From Heptranchias perlo (taxonomy: Eukaryota), in assembly GCF_035084215.1 (NCBI RefSeq), contig NC_090357.1, positions 868,001 to 932,000 on the forward strand: DNA of 64,000 nucleotides, given 5' to 3'. Of the stretch, positions 24,396-37,299 are shown piece after piece (within the stretch, counting starts at the first letter, position 1; each line of letters begins with the position of its first letter). The notes under the pieces are model-generated. The model was not told the origin of the DNA, made no database searches, and was given only the letters and a program-made list of their open reading frames with translations. The translations under genes were made by a program, and so were the position numbers.

Positions 24396-25272
24396 ACAGT
24401 CCCCGTCACCCCGTCACCCCCACAGTCCCCGTCACCCCGTCACCCCCACAGTCCCCGTCACCCCCACAGTCCCCGTCACCCCGTCACAGTCCCCGTCACC
24501 CCGTCACAGTCCCCGTCACCCCGTCACAGTCCCCGTCACAGTCCCCGTCACCCCCACAGTCCCCGTCACCCCGTCACCCCCACAGTCCCCGTCACCCCGT
24601 CACCCCCACAGTCCCCGTCACCCCGTCACCGCCACAGTCCCCGTCACCCCGTCACCCCCACAGTCCCCGTCACCCCGTCACCCCCACAGTCCCCGTCACC
24701 CCGTCACCCCCACAGTCCCCGTCACCCCGTCACCCCCACAGTCCCCGTCACCCCGTCACCCCCACAGTCCCCGTCACCCCGTCACCCCCACAGTCCCCGT
24801 CACCCCGTCACCGCCACAGTCCCCGTCACCCCGTCACCCCCACAGTCCCCGTCACCCCCACAGTCCCCGTCACCCCCACAGTCCCCGTCACCCCGTCACC
24901 GCCACAGTCCCCGTCACCCCCACAGTCCCCGTCACCCCGTCACCCCCACAGTCCCCGTCACCCCGTCACCCCCACAGTCTCCGTCACCCCGTCACCCCCA
25001 CAGTCCCCGTCACCCCGACACCCCCACAGTCCCCGTCACCCCGACACCCCCACAGTCCCCGTCACCCCGCTATCACTAGTCCACAGTCCCCGTCACCCCG
25101 CTATCACTAGTCCACAGTCCCCGTCACCCCGCTATCACTAGTCCACAGTCCCCGTCACCCCACTATCACTAGTCCACAGTCCCCGTCACCCCGCTATCAC
25201 TAGTCCACAGTCCCCGTCACCCCGCTATCACTAGTCCACAGTCCCCGTCACCCCGCTATCACTAGTCCACAG
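24396..25272. repeat. C-rich minisatellite (cacagtccccgtcaccccgtcacccc variants) grading into a 31-bp unit that includes the minus-strand gene stop codon
   Basis: 31-bp unit ctatcactagtccacagtccccgtcaccccg at 25070-25272. Confidence 0.92.
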
Positions 25273-25369
25273 TGAAGTCTGCTTCTTCCATCTCCTGTTC
25301 ATACTGGGACAGATCGGCCAAGTCCTGGTCCACATGTTCACTCATTTCTGTCAGGATCACATCCAGCAC
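25262..25369 (-). CDS. Uncharacterised gene, last coding exon VLDVILTEMSEHVDQDLADLSQYEQEMEEADFTVD*
   Basis: Acceptor tttgtcttacacag, phase 0, TAG stop. Confidence 0.8.
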   Translation of the reverse strand: MLDVILTEMSEHVDQDLADLSQYEQEMEEADFTVD

Positions 25370-25658
25370 CTGTGTAAGACAAACAAAAGCCCATCTCTGT
25401 TCATTCAATGGTGTATGACTGGCTATCTCCCTGGGGGGGGGTGTAAGGGGCATCATCATACCATGGATACCTCATTTCTTTATCGTTCTCCGGGAGCTCT
25501 GAAGAACTCTTTCAATTAGGGAAAGGAAGTGAAAGAATCAGATGGGAGGGAAATGTCAGTTCCTCCACCCCCCATCACCGATATGCATTTGTTTACAGCT
25601 AGCACTGCCTGCAGTACATCTCATGAAACTGTCCTTGAATTAAGACATATTAATGGAG

Positions 25659-26050
25659 CAGTGTAGAGGGAGCTTTACTCTGTCTCTAACCCGTGCTGTA
25701 CCTACCCTGGGAGTGTTTGATGGGACAGTGTAGAGGGAGCTTTACTCTGTCTCTAACCCGTGCTGTACCTACCCTGGGAGTGTTTGATGGGACAGTGTAG
25801 AGGGAGCTTTACTCTGTATCTAACCCTGTACCTGCCCTGGGAGTGTTTGATGGGACAGTGTAGAGGGAGCGTTACTCTGTATCTAACCCGTGCTGTCCCT
25901 GCCCTGGGAGTGTTTGATGGGACAGTGTAGAGGGAGCGTTACTCTGTATCTAACCCGTGCTGTCCCTGCCCTGGGAGTGTTTGATGGGACAGTGTAGAGG
26001 GAGCGTTACTCTGTATCTAACCCGTGCTGTCCCTGCCCTGGGAGTGTTTG
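25659..26050 (-). repeat. 63/67-bp minisatellite array, opposite orientation
   Basis: Same unit as 14144-15607. Confidence 0.93.
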
Positions 26051-26226
26051 ACGCTGATGGTGGTTCTTGAAATGCAGAGTTTTCCATCCCTCATCCCGAT
26101 AAACACAAAAATCACAATTTTTAAAAAAATGAATAAGAGAAAAAAACAATGGGCTTTGCAGAAGGAGTGAGAGTGAAGACCCAACCAGGAAATATTGGGA
26201 GTCAACCTTAAGAAGTCTGCACTCAC

Positions 26227-26339
26227 CACATCAGTGAAAGCCTTCTGATGGTAGTCCCTCAGTGCCACATTCTCCACTGTTACATGATTGTGCCGGCTGA
26301 TGTTAAAGTATTGCCCAAAAAAGACATCCAACATCCAAC
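26227..26339 (-). CDS. Uncharacterised gene exon (S)WMLDVFFGQYFNISRHNHVTVENVALRDYHQKAFTDV
   Basis: ttgtccag acceptor, gtgagt donor, phase 1 to 0. Confidence 0.82.
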
Positions 26340-26429
26340 CTGGACAAGAGAACGAGGAACATGTTTCGAGTTATCGATAGGCAGATGAAGACCTTGTGAT
26401 GGAACATTCATGGCCAACACGTTCGAGAA

Positions 26430-26920
26430 TCAGCTGTAACTCAGTGGGTCCCACTCTCGCCTGAGTCAGAAGGTCATGGGTTCAAGCCCCAGTCCAGAGT
26501 CTTGAGCACAAAATCTAGGTTGACACTCCCAGTGCAGTACCGAGGGAGCGCTGCACTGTCGGAGGGGCAGTACCGAGGGAGCGCTGCACTGTCGGAGGGG
26601 CAGTACCGAAGGAGCGCTGCACTGTCGGAGGGGCAGTACCGAGGGAGCGCTGCACTGTCGGAGGTGCTGTCTTTCGGATGAGAAGTTAAACCGAGGCCCC
26701 GTCTGCCCTCTCAGGTGGACATAAAAGATCCCACAGCCACTATTCGAAGAAGAGCAGGGGAGTTCTCCCTAAGCAATATTTATGCCTCAACCAACATCAC
26801 TAAAAACAGATTATCTGGTCATTATCACGTTGCTGTTTGAGGGACCTTGCTGTGCACAAATTGGCTGCTGCTTTTCCTGCATTGTGAAAGGTGCTATATA
26901 AATGCAAGTCTTTTTTTCTT
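26430..26920 (+). mobile_element. SacSINE1-like DeuSINE with about 4 copies of an internal 33-bp unit
   Basis: tRNA-like head with gggttcaagccc B-box, Deu-like body, gctatataaatgcaagt tail. Confidence 0.85.
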
Positions 26921-27652
26921 TATTACTGTGACTGCACTGTACATATACAGCAGAGAGAAACATAGGAGACAGGCGTTACTGTAAACAGATTCTACTGAAC
27001 GTTCTATTGCCAATCACAAGGCATACTGTCTGAAAATGTTAAAATCAGTTCCTTAATGATGCCAGTGTTGTGAAAGGCACTGCATTATCGCATGCTCTTT
27101 CTTTCTTTCTAAATATGACTGATTATCCAGGTACAGTCGTGGATTTTGAACATTTTCTCTCCTCTCCTCTGTTGATTGACAGTGAGCCACATTTCCCTGG
27201 ATGGTGAGTGTCAGCAGTCGATTTGTCTGGTGTCAGTATCACTGGTTCGGCCGGTACTGCCCTCACCCAACATCCCCACACACATTTTCAAGCTGAGGCC
27301 ATTGATTAGCAATAAGCAGGAACCCTGACAGTTTATTCCCTCCCTACCCATATGAGGCCCACGGTAACACCACAACTTTCAATCCGCTTCAGAGCACGGG
27401 GAACAAAACTGGACCTTCCTGGCCCATTGACTCACACACTCACTGAATAAACTCACTGATTCTTCGAGGAGCATCCATTATTTTTTTAAACTCCTGGCTC
27501 ATGCCCAGTCATTACACACAGGCAGTCAAGGCCAAGTGGGGTCTCCAGTTGAAGCAGGTTCGAGCAGAGGGGAGAATTGGACCAGATTGTGCAAACGTAA
27601 TTCAGTCCCCATTTCAAAGTCATGCATCCAATTGTTATTTTTCTATTTCCAT

Positions 27653-27890
27653 TATAAACACACGCACCTATATACAAACACACGCACCTATATACAAACA
27701 CACGCACACGCACCTATATATAAACACACGCACCTATATACAAACACACGCACCTATATACAAACACACGCACCTATATACAAACACACGCACCTATATA
27801 CAAACACACGCACACGCACCTATATACAAACACACGCACACGCATACAAACACACGCACACGCATACAAACACACGCACACACACACGTA
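27653..27890. repeat. CA-rich 20-bp-based tandem (aaacacacgcacctatatac)
   Basis: Visible. Confidence 0.9.
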
Positions 27891-28297
27891 CGTAACTGTG
27901 CCTGTGTGCATTAGTTCTAAATGGAAATTTCCCTTGTTTCTTCCAGATTCTCCCTTCCTTTCCACACAACATTCTCTGAATGAGAAGTATGGGTATCGAA
28001 CCTCTTCTTGGGATTCAAAGGCTGCTCAGCATTTGGCTTCTAGAAGATAGACAAGGAGGAGTTTCATGAGCTCTCTGATTTTTCTCCTTCTTTGTTGGGA
28101 AACCTGTGACCTCTGCTCAGTAGCTCTGCCCAGATGCTCCATCTAAACTCGCTGTGTGGGGAGTTGCCGGGTGCGTGCCCATATACTGCCACCTGTGGTC
28201 AGTGCATTGCTGGTGGACCAGTGGGGACACCGTACACATTGGTCAGTCGCTCCCAGGGTGATACTGATTGTGGATGTGCAGAGTAGAACAGACTCAC

Positions 28298-28418
28298 TGT
28301 CTAACAGCCTGTCCAGCTCGACCTTTTCAGAGAATGCCCTCCCCTCACTCCCTATAATCTTCATCAGGTTCTCCAGGAGCAACATGTCGATCAGTCTTCT
28401 GCTGGCATATGTCCTGAC
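28298..28418 (-). CDS. Uncharacterised gene exon VRTYASRRLIDMLLLENLMKIIGSEGRAFSEKVELDRLLD
   Basis: cttcatgcag acceptor, A|gtgagt donor, phase 0 to 1. Confidence 0.82.
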
Positions 28419-29461
28419 CTGCATGAAGATATATGTTCATTAGCAGGCTAGTGTTATAACATTACTGTTATCCACTGATGTACCTTGATGTCCCCATCAC
28501 TCATCTCCTAATTTTACAGATTCCACCATCTCCTTTATAGAGGACCCCCTCCCCAGCTGAAGGCAATTCCTGCTCAGCCAATACCTTTATAGCTTCTGCA
28601 GACTGTATCCAACTGAGTTCAAGTATTGTCTACCGACAGACCTCGGTTAGATTCGTGTCACCTGAAATTAGCCTATGGAGGTGGGGCCAGATCTTGGACT
28701 AGACCGCTGCAGGTTCTCAAAGTAATTGCTGCATCTTTCAATCCCCTTATGAAGGGAGCCAACTAAGCACCAAAAAAAGTGTTTCTGGGGAAACACAGGA
28801 ATAGGAGGAAGAGGCCATTCAGTCCCTCAAGACTGTTTCCACATTCAATTAGATTATGGCTGATGTGCACCTCCACTCCATTTACCCACCTTTGCTCCAT
28901 ATCCCTCGATACCCTTACACAACAGAAATCTATCGATCTCAGTCTTGAAAGCTCCAACTGACCCCCAGCATCCACAGTCTTTTGGGGGAGAGAGTTTCAG
29001 ATTTCCACTCCCCTTTGTGTGAAGAAGTGCCAGAAGTTCTTGAAACGCTCACTGCATCGTGTGGCCTCTCTCCCATGGTACACCTAGTTGCATGGGCACC
29101 CACCCAGTTTATTTAAAATAGCTGATCTCCCCCTGACCCCACAAAATTTGCTGGGGTCAGCGATGGAGTGAATCCTGCCACTTACACTGGGATTAAAGAC
29201 CCGTGGTTCCTGGGCTCAGTGTCTCTATCCCTCCATCTCCAATCCTGCATTACTTTTTCTCTGATCACTTGCTGTCCTATTGCTGCTGTTACCTTCCGCA
29301 CTGACTAACTCTTGTCCCGTACCAAAAGATTTTACTCCTCACCCTCTTATCCCATCTCTTTTTTTCTCCCGATTTCCTTCTGTTGTCTTGTTAAGGCACT
29401 GACCCATGGTAGGGTAGAGTTCAATGGATACCAGGAGGCCTCCGGTACCTCATTGAAATGG

Positions 29462-30298
29462 CTACTCTTCAATTATTCACAATATTTATTAACGACTTAG
29501 ATGAAGGCATAGAAAGTCTCATATCTAAGTTTGCCGATGGCACAAAGATTGGTGGCATTGTAAGCAGTGTAGATGAAAACATAAAATTACAAAGCGATAT
29601 TGATAGATTAGGTGAATGGGCAAAACTGTGGCAAATGGAATTCAATGTAGACAAATGTGAGGTCATCCACTTTGGATCAAAAAGGATAGAACAGGGTACT
29701 TTCTAAATGGTAAAAAGTTAAAAACAGTGGATGTCCAAAGGGACCTAGGGGTTCAGGTACATAGATCATTGAAGTGTCATGAACAGGTACAGAAAATAAT
29801 CAATAAGGCTAATGGAATGCTGGCCTTTATATCCAGAGGACTAGAGTACAAGGGGACAGAAGTTATGCTGCAGCTATACAAAACCCTGGTTAGACCGCAC
29901 CTGGAGTACTGTGAGCAGTTCTGGGCACCGCACCTTCAGAAGGACATATTGGCCTTGGAGGGAGTGCAGCGTAGGTTTACTAGAATGATACCCGGACTTC
30001 AAGGGTTAAGTTACGAGGAGAGATTACACAAATTTGGGTTGTATTCTCTAGAGTTTCGAAGGTTATGGGGTGATCTGATCGAAGTTTATAAGATATTAAG
30101 GGGAACAGATAGGGTGGATAGAGAGAAACTATTTCCGCTGGTTGGGGATTTTAGGAGTAGGGGGCACAGTCTAAAAATATGGGATATGGGCCAAAGGCAG
30201 GTATATGGAGTTAGATCACAGATCAGCCATGATCTTATCAAATGGCGGAGCAGGCACGAGGGACTGAATGGCCTACTCCTGTTCCTATATTCCTATGT
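29462..30298 (+). mobile_element. CR1 LINE 3' fragment
   Basis: ORFs 29458..29706 and 29727..30302 with RT C-terminal motifs. Confidence 0.9.
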
Positions 30299-30660
30299 GT
30301 GAGCCTTGACAAGAATTACCACTGGTTATTTGACTATGGAGGGACCACAGTCAAAGCCCTAACTTGTCCCGATGACCGCAAATGTGCATTTTCCCCAGCA
30401 GGGATCACCGGATAGTGATTCCGAAGTTGGCTGATTCTCCCTTCCTTAGAGTTGGAATGCCGAGACCAATTTTACTGCCCAAATTGCTGGACTGCTTATT
30501 TGAACTGTAGAGTCCATTGGGCTCTCCTCTTACCCACAATCAGAGGAGCAGCACACTGGATAACCTTTTTATAAAATACTTTTACAGTGCTCATTTAAAT
30601 GAGATGCAACAGACCACAATCGCCACTAATGAACGAATGACTCCTTGCTCCTCCCCTTAC

Positions 30661-30807
30661 CTCCTCCTGCTGCTGTTCAGATATTTCAGTGTGATATTCA
30701 CTCAGCAGTAACACTGCAACATTCCTCGTTTCCTCATCCAGAACACTGGGCAGGATTTCATCCTGCAGGATCCCCTCCAGGATCATCTCACTTACTGCTT
30801 CTTTCAC
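30661..30807 (-). CDS. Uncharacterised gene exon VKEAVSEMILEGILQDEILPSVLDEETRNVAVLLLSEYHTEISEQQQEE
   Basis: ttttaatctcacag acceptor, GAG|gtaagg donor, phase 0 to 0. Confidence 0.82.
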
Positions 30808-31118
30808 CTGTGAGATTAAAAGCACTCGCAGTTACGAACTCTCGGGAGTACCTCAGAGCATACTTACACAGCATGCCCAATGCTAGAGAAAGCCTTTTAT
30901 TTATCAAGCTACTCAGAAATGTTTCAAAGAGCTTCAAATACAATGAATTACTTTGAAGTGCAGTGACTTCTTCTGTAGGCAAACTCAGCAGCCATTCTGC
31001 ATCAGCAACATCCCATAAGCAGAACCGAAACCAATGGCAAATTATACTGTTTTTGGTTGAGGGAAGATTGTTGGCCAAGGAGAACTCCTCTTCTTTAAAG
31101 TGCCAGGGGATGTTTAAG

Positions 31119-31515
31119 TATCAGCCTCAGTAGCACTCTCACCATTGAATCAGAGGTTATTGGTTCCAGCTGCACTCTGGAAACTTGAGCACATGTTCCA
31201 GGCTGACACGATGGTGCAGTATTGCAGGAGTGCTGCTTTGTCGGTGCTGCCGTCTTTTAGATGAGATGTTAAACCGATGTCTTGAAAATCCCATGGCACT
31301 ATTTGAGAAAGAGCAGGGGTGCTCTAGCCAACATTTCTCTCTCAACCAACATCACTATCTGTGTTGTTTGTGGGATCTTGCTGTGCGCAAATTGGCTGCT
31401 GCATTTTCCTACGTTACAACAGTGATTGCACTTCAAAGGTACATCATTGGCTGTAAAGCGCTTTGGGATGTCCTGAGGTAGTGAAAGGCGCTATATAAAT
31501 GCAAGTTCTTTCTTT
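31119..31515 (+). mobile_element. SacSINE1-like DeuSINE, diverged
   Basis: Similarity to 40119-40555. Confidence 0.8.
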
Positions 31516-31863
31516 GAACAGGCTCATGAGCCATGGTGTACTGGCTCAGTGAAGCTGAGCCTGGAATAAAGCTGAAAGTTTGTTGCTACATCTACCACAG
31601 CTCAACATTCGCATTGAACTTTCACACATCTCAGTGTCCAGAGGAAAATATCCCCAGGTATTTTTGTGAGAAAGCACTAAGAGTTGGGCAGTGTTGTGTG
31701 ACAGCAAGAAAGAGTGAGACCAAGCTTGGCCATCAATGACTCTTATACACTGTGTTACCATTAAGGGCAATTCGACAAATCAACATTTCATTATAAGATG
31801 GACTTCACTTTAACAGGAACTGTGATACTTCTCTATCTAACAAGGTTACTCAGTGACACCCAC

Positions 31864-32071
31864 AAGGTGTGGCACCACTGGCTCGATCGCCTCCGCCATT
31901 AATTCTGTCAGAGATTCGGTGATGGCTGCGGTGGTCAGGTGATCACTAACCAGCTCCTTAACAGCACTTCTGATCACTCGCACGGTCAGCTCACCGACTA
32001 TCTCCTTCAAGAGTGTGTCCAATACTGACACAGCTGGTCGCTGCTTCAATACATCGAGTTCTGTTATCTGT
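31864..32071 (-). CDS. Uncharacterised gene exon QITELDVLKQRPAVSVLDTLLKEIVGELTVRVIRSAVKELVSDHLTTAAITESLTELMAEAIEPVVPHL
   Basis: tgtatttttcag acceptor, gtgggt donor, phase 2 to 0. Confidence 0.8.
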
Positions 32072-33582
32072 CTGAAAAATACAAGCGGCAGCTGTTGAAA
32101 TTATACCGGATAATCACATCACAAGGTAATTATGGATGAGGGAAGCCATTCGGCAGGCCTTAACTCATCCATCCAGAGAGATCCTGCAGTCCCCTTCACT
32201 GCAGCATTTAAATGTTTCTTAAATGATTCTGCTACATTATCTGGCAGTATATTCGCTGTGTTGATCATTCATTCTGTGAAGAGAACGTAGACCATGACAA
32301 GCTATTTCACCTTATCAGATCAGTAGAACCAGAGGACACGACCTGGGCTTGAAGGGAGGTATCTTTCAAAACTAATCTGCGGAAACATTGTTTCAGTGAG
32401 CGAGAGGCCAATCTATGGAACAGACTCCCTGGGGAGACGGTGGAAGCAGATAGTATTGATTCATTCAAATACAAATCATATAGATTTCTTTCAGAAAATA
32501 ATATTTTGGGATACAATATATGAGTAATTTGAGACATGACGTGTGGTAAGAGTAACATGCTGGAGAGGATATTACACCAGGAGAAATATTCTTCTACTAG
32601 TTTGAATCTGTCCCCTTATCCTACTTATGCAATTTAATTTAAAGTAAGATTCTGGATATCCCTTCTCTGTTCTCATGACTATCTTATGCCCCTTTTTAAT
32701 GATCTTAGGCCAAAAAGCCAAGTTTCTGCAGCCTTTCCTCATAACTCAGACCCTTGACACTAGAGAGCTGCTTCACCACTCTTCTCTGCATTGCCTCCAT
32801 ACAAATATATGAAAAAGGACAGGTGAAGACTGGCTGTCCATCGAACCGGTCCAATGTGGGTGTAAAATCTGCACACCATCACCATCCAGCCACAGAGCCA
32901 CACAAACCCTTGGGAGAAGCAAAACAAACCAGAAAAAGCGTTAGGTCAAAATTTTTTTAAACTTTGGGAAATTCCTCTCTGACCTGTCCCCCAGCCCCTG
33001 AAGGTGATCAGACTGACTCCTAGAGACCATTGTGACTGGGTGATAACCAGTGAGGACCCACCTACCGTCTATATATAGATATGTGCTGGCAACTCGTTCC
33101 ACAGCTTAACAACTCTCTGCGAGAAGTAGCCCCTAACATCTAACCTACTTCCATGCTTACGTCATTTATATTCGTGTCTCCTGGTCCTCCCTAATCTATT
33201 TGCTTAACATTTGGACCAAGTCTAACTCTTTCATTATTTTAAAGGCCTCAAACAAATCTCTTTGAAGTCCATGCTTTTCTAAAGTAAAAGGCCTCCAGCT
33301 CCCTCAGCCTATTCTAGTAAATGAGGGACCTTAAAGTAGGTATCAATCTAGAGGCCCTCCTCTGAGCCTTTTGCAAGGCCTCGCTATAACCTACCATGTG
33401 AGGGGACCAAAACTGAGCACAGTATTTAACGAGAAGGCCCACCAACCTCTTTACAGGGCAGTTAGGGATGGACAATAAATAGCCATGCCAGCATCGCCCA
33501 CACCCTGAAAACAAAGAGGAACAAATGCACCCAAACCAGTTATAGCGTGCCTGAGCAAAATATTCCACATGGGTTTACGTGC

Positions 33583-33624
33583 CTCTGGCCAGGTCGTGCA
33601 GACATGTTTAACAGAGCCATTGAG
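33583..33624 (-). CDS. Uncharacterised gene, candidate 42-nt exon (H)SMALLNMSARPGQ(R) with GC donor
   Basis: Strong acceptor ccctctttttcccacag; AG|gcacgt donor keeps phase 2 to 2. Confidence 0.45.
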
Positions 33625-33914
33625 CTGTGGGAAAAAGAGGGAAATTCCTATTCCTTTTACATAGACAGTCTACTCCTGATAATTCAAAGTTGTTTTTTGC
33701 CCTAATAAAAAGTTAACTTATCCAGTAATTTGAATTAAGCAACAGAAAGCAGTGCCACAGACCCACCCACCCGACAGCCTCTCAATCGGAGTGCAGCCAG
33801 GAAATGGTGTCCAAAAATGTTAATCAGGTCCTGCTGTTAAATTCTGCAGCAGCTCAGGGAAACCTCTCCCCCACTCCCTCCACCACCCCCCCCACCTCCC
33901 CATAAATATCAAGC

Positions 33915-34405
33915 CATAATCTAGGTTGACACTTCGGGGCAGTACCGAGGGAGCGCTGCACTGTCGGAGGGGCAGTACCGAGGGAGCGCTGCACTGTCGG
34001 AGGGGCAGTACCGAGGGAGCGCTGCACTGTCGGAGGGGCAGTACCGAGGGAGCGCTGCACTGTCGGAGGGGCAGTACCGAGGGAGCGCTGCACTGTCGGA
34101 GGGGCAGTACCGAGGGAGCGCTGCACTGTCGGAGGGGCAGTACCGAGGGAGCGCTGCACTGTCGGAGGGGCAGTACCGAGGGAGCGCTGCACTGTCGGAG
34201 GGGCCATCTTTCAGATGAGATGTTAAACTGGGTCCCGTCTGCCCTCTCAGGTGGACGTAAAAGATCCCATGGCACAGTGCTGTTTGTGGGAATCTTGCTG
34301 TGTGTCAATTGACTACACTTCAAAAATACTTCATTGGCTGCGAAGCGTTTTGGGATGTCATGAGGTCATGAAAGGTGCTATATATGCAAGTTACTTCTTT
34401 CTTTC
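33915..34405 (+). mobile_element. SacSINE1-like DeuSINE with about 8 copies of the internal 33-bp unit
   Basis: gcagtaccgagggagcgctgcactgtcggaggg tandem followed by SINE body and tail. Confidence 0.85.
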
Positions 34406-34416
34406 ATTATACTTAC

Positions 34417-34472
34417 TGTAGCTTGCTCTGGATGTAGGAATTCTTCTTAGTCAGTGAATATACAGGGGGACA
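34417..34472 (-). CDS. Uncharacterised gene exon CPPVYSLTKKNSYIQSKL
   Basis: ttttttccag acceptor, CA|gtaagt donor, phase 0 to 2. Confidence 0.7.
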
Positions 34473-34595
34473 CTGGAAAAAATTACATTTAATTAACTTT
34501 CACACGCCCTGTTTTCTGAGACAGGAAGCAGCTTCTGCTTGTCAAGCACATGTGCACTTTGATGAAAGTCACCCTTATGTAGGTTCCCCACTCAC

Positions 34596-34697
34596 CTCAA
34601 TCATTTTCTGTACAAAAAGCTTGAGAAATGCATTGGGAAGTTTAGATATGAATTTTCTACATGTGGCTTGCTGAGGTCCTTCAGATTCAAACTCCTC
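34596..34697 (-). CDS. Uncharacterised gene candidate exon EEFESEGPQQATCRKFISKLPNAFLKLFVQKMIE
   Basis: aatttctag acceptor, GAG|gtgagt donor, phase 0 to 0, open frame. Confidence 0.55.
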
Positions 34698-34879
34698 CTA
34701 GAAATTTCTTTCAAAAGGGCAGCCTCACACTTTATCATTCTGATCATTTGCACCAAAATAAATAGAAAAGTGCTGAGCGAGTAAATGTGAGACAAAAAGC
34801 AGCAGGACCAAGGGGCAGAGTGGGAATGGTCAGCCAGGTGTTGGTTCTGTACACGAGTACACGTAGCATAAGGAATAAA

Positions 34880-35690
34880 ACAAGTGAGCAAGAAGCAAAA
34901 ATTCCGCTTAAAGGCTTTGATATAGTGGCCATTACAGAGACCTGACTACAAGCTGGGCATGACTGGGAGCTAAATATTCTAGGCTATGAGATCTTTAGAA
35001 AGGACCGGAAAATTGGAAAAGGAAGGGGGAGTCACAATATTGATAAAAGATACAATTCCAGCAGTAGAAAGAGGGTGATCAGGCAGTGGAAACACTCTGG
35101 GTAGAGTTAAGGAACAGCAAAGGATTCTGGTGGGAGTTGTCTACAGACCTCCCGACAGTGACGATGTAGTGGGGGCTTGTATAAATACAGAAATCAGGGA
35201 AGCATGTGGCAGAAACAATGTGGTTAAAATGGGAGATTTTAATTTTCACGTTGACTGGGAGAAGCAGAACAGCTCAAGTTCTAAAGGCAATGAATTTCCA
35301 GAGTGTATTCGGGACAGTTTTCTGGAACAGTATGTTTTAGAACCAATAAGGGAAGAGGCCAGACTGGATTTAGTGATGAGTAACAAACCAAGATTAGTTA
35401 GCAACCTGATGGTAAGGGAACATCTTGTTAACAGTGACCATATGATGATCGAATTTGATATCAGATTTGAGAGAGAGAAGAGAGTCACAAACCAAAGTTT
35501 TAAATTTAAATAAGGCAAACTTTGAAGCGATGAGAAATTAATTGAGTGCAGTAAACTGGGCTGAATTGTTAATGGGTGAACCTACAGACAAACAGTGGGA
35601 AGTATTCAAAGATACAAAACCACTACATACCCCTAAAAAGGTACAGACTCCACTTGTATAGTTAAGCAACCATGATCAACAAATGTAATA
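34880..35690 (+). mobile_element. CR1 LINE endonuclease-region fragment
   Basis: GVVYRPP, MGDFN, LDLVMSN, SDH motifs in ORF 35130..35513. Confidence 0.85.
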
Positions 35691-36154
35691 AGAGATGAGT
35701 CTGCCTTTGTCAGACATTGTAGCTTATATAATAATTCCCCTGCAACGTTCTCCCCTGGTGGCCCGGACTCTTCCCACAGGAGCTGGTGAATCTCCCGTGC
35801 TTCACCCCAGTGGTCACTCTTCATGACTAATCCTAGACAGCAAGTGCCAGCAGGGCTTTGAATTGTAGGGTCCAACAGGGTGAGCACGATTCCATCTTCA
35901 TCCAACTTTCATACAATTTTCAGCAGGGGTCAGGGACCCGGGCTGGATCTTTCTCAGGGGTCCTGAGGCTAATTGTAGTGCCCTGTCACCTTGGCAGAGA
36001 TCAGGCAGCTCAGTAGACACCAGCGACCGAATCTCGGGCACTCCAGGTCTGTGTGACCCAGTACCACACATGGCTGCACAGTTATCCAATCAGCTTCCAG
36101 GAAAGACCACACTTGGAGCACTGTGCACAATTCTGGTCTCCAGATACCTTGGGT

Positions 36155-37299
36155 AGAATCATAGAAGTTTACAACATGGAAACAGGCCCTTCGGCCCAAC
36201 ATGTCCATGTCGCCCAGTTTATACCACTAAGCTAGTCCCAATTGCCTGCACTTGGCCCATATCCCTCTATACCCATCTTACCCATGTAACTGTCCAAATG
36301 CTTTTTAAAAGACAAAATTGTACCCGCCTCTACGACTGCCTCTGGCAGCTCGTTCCAGACACTCACCACCCTTTGAGTGAAAAAATTACCCCTCTGGACC
36401 CTTTTGTATCTCTCCCCTCTCACCTTAAATCTATGCCCCCTCGTTATAGACTCCCCTACCTTTGGGAAAAGATTTTGACTATCTACTTTATCTACGCCCC
36501 TCATTATTTTATAGACTTCTATAAGATCACCCCTAAACCTCCTGCTCTCCAGGGAAAAAAGTCTCAGCCTATCCAACCTCTCCCTGTAAGTCAAACCATC
36601 AAGTCCCGGTAGCATCCTAGTAAATCTTTTCTGCACTCTTTCTAGTTTAATAATATCCTTTCTATAATAGGGTGACCAGAACTGTACACAGTATTCCAAG
36701 TGTGGCCTTACTAATGTCTTGTACAACTTCAACAAGACATCCCAACTCCTGTATTGAATGTTCTGACCAATGAAACCAAGCATGCCGAATGCCTTCTTCA
36801 CCACCCTATCCACCTGTGACTCCACTTTCAAGGAGCTATGAACCTGTACTCCTAGATCTCTTTGTTCTATAACTCTCCCCAACGCCCTACCATTAACGGA
36901 GTAGGTCCTGGTCTGATTCGATCTACCAAAATGCATCACCTCACATTTATCTAAATTAAACTCCATCTGCCATTCATCGGCCCACTGGCCCAATTTATCA
37001 AGATCCCGTTGCAATCCTAGATAACCTTCTTCACTGTCCACAATGCCACCAATCTTGGTGTCATCTGCAAACTTACTAACCATTCCTCCTAAATTCTCAT
37101 CCAAATCATTAATATAAATAACAAATAACAGCGGACCCAGCACCGATCCCTGAGGCACACTGCTGGTCACAGGCCTCCAGTCCGAAAAACAACCCTCTAC
37201 AACCACCCTCTGTCTTCTGTCGTCAATCCAATTTTGTATCCAATTGGCTACCTCACCTTGGATCCCGTGAGATTTAACCTTATGTAACAACCTACCATG
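36155..37299 (-). mobile_element. Young CR1 LINE, 5'-truncated, uninterrupted 352-aa RT C-terminus
   Basis: ORF 36232..37290 intact; near-identical to 57360-59691. Confidence 0.95.

Noticed and set aside
24359-25141. Pro/Ser/His-rich extensin-like ORFs (also 2194-3138, 3314-4402)
   Set aside because: Low-complexity repeats or N-spanning artefacts
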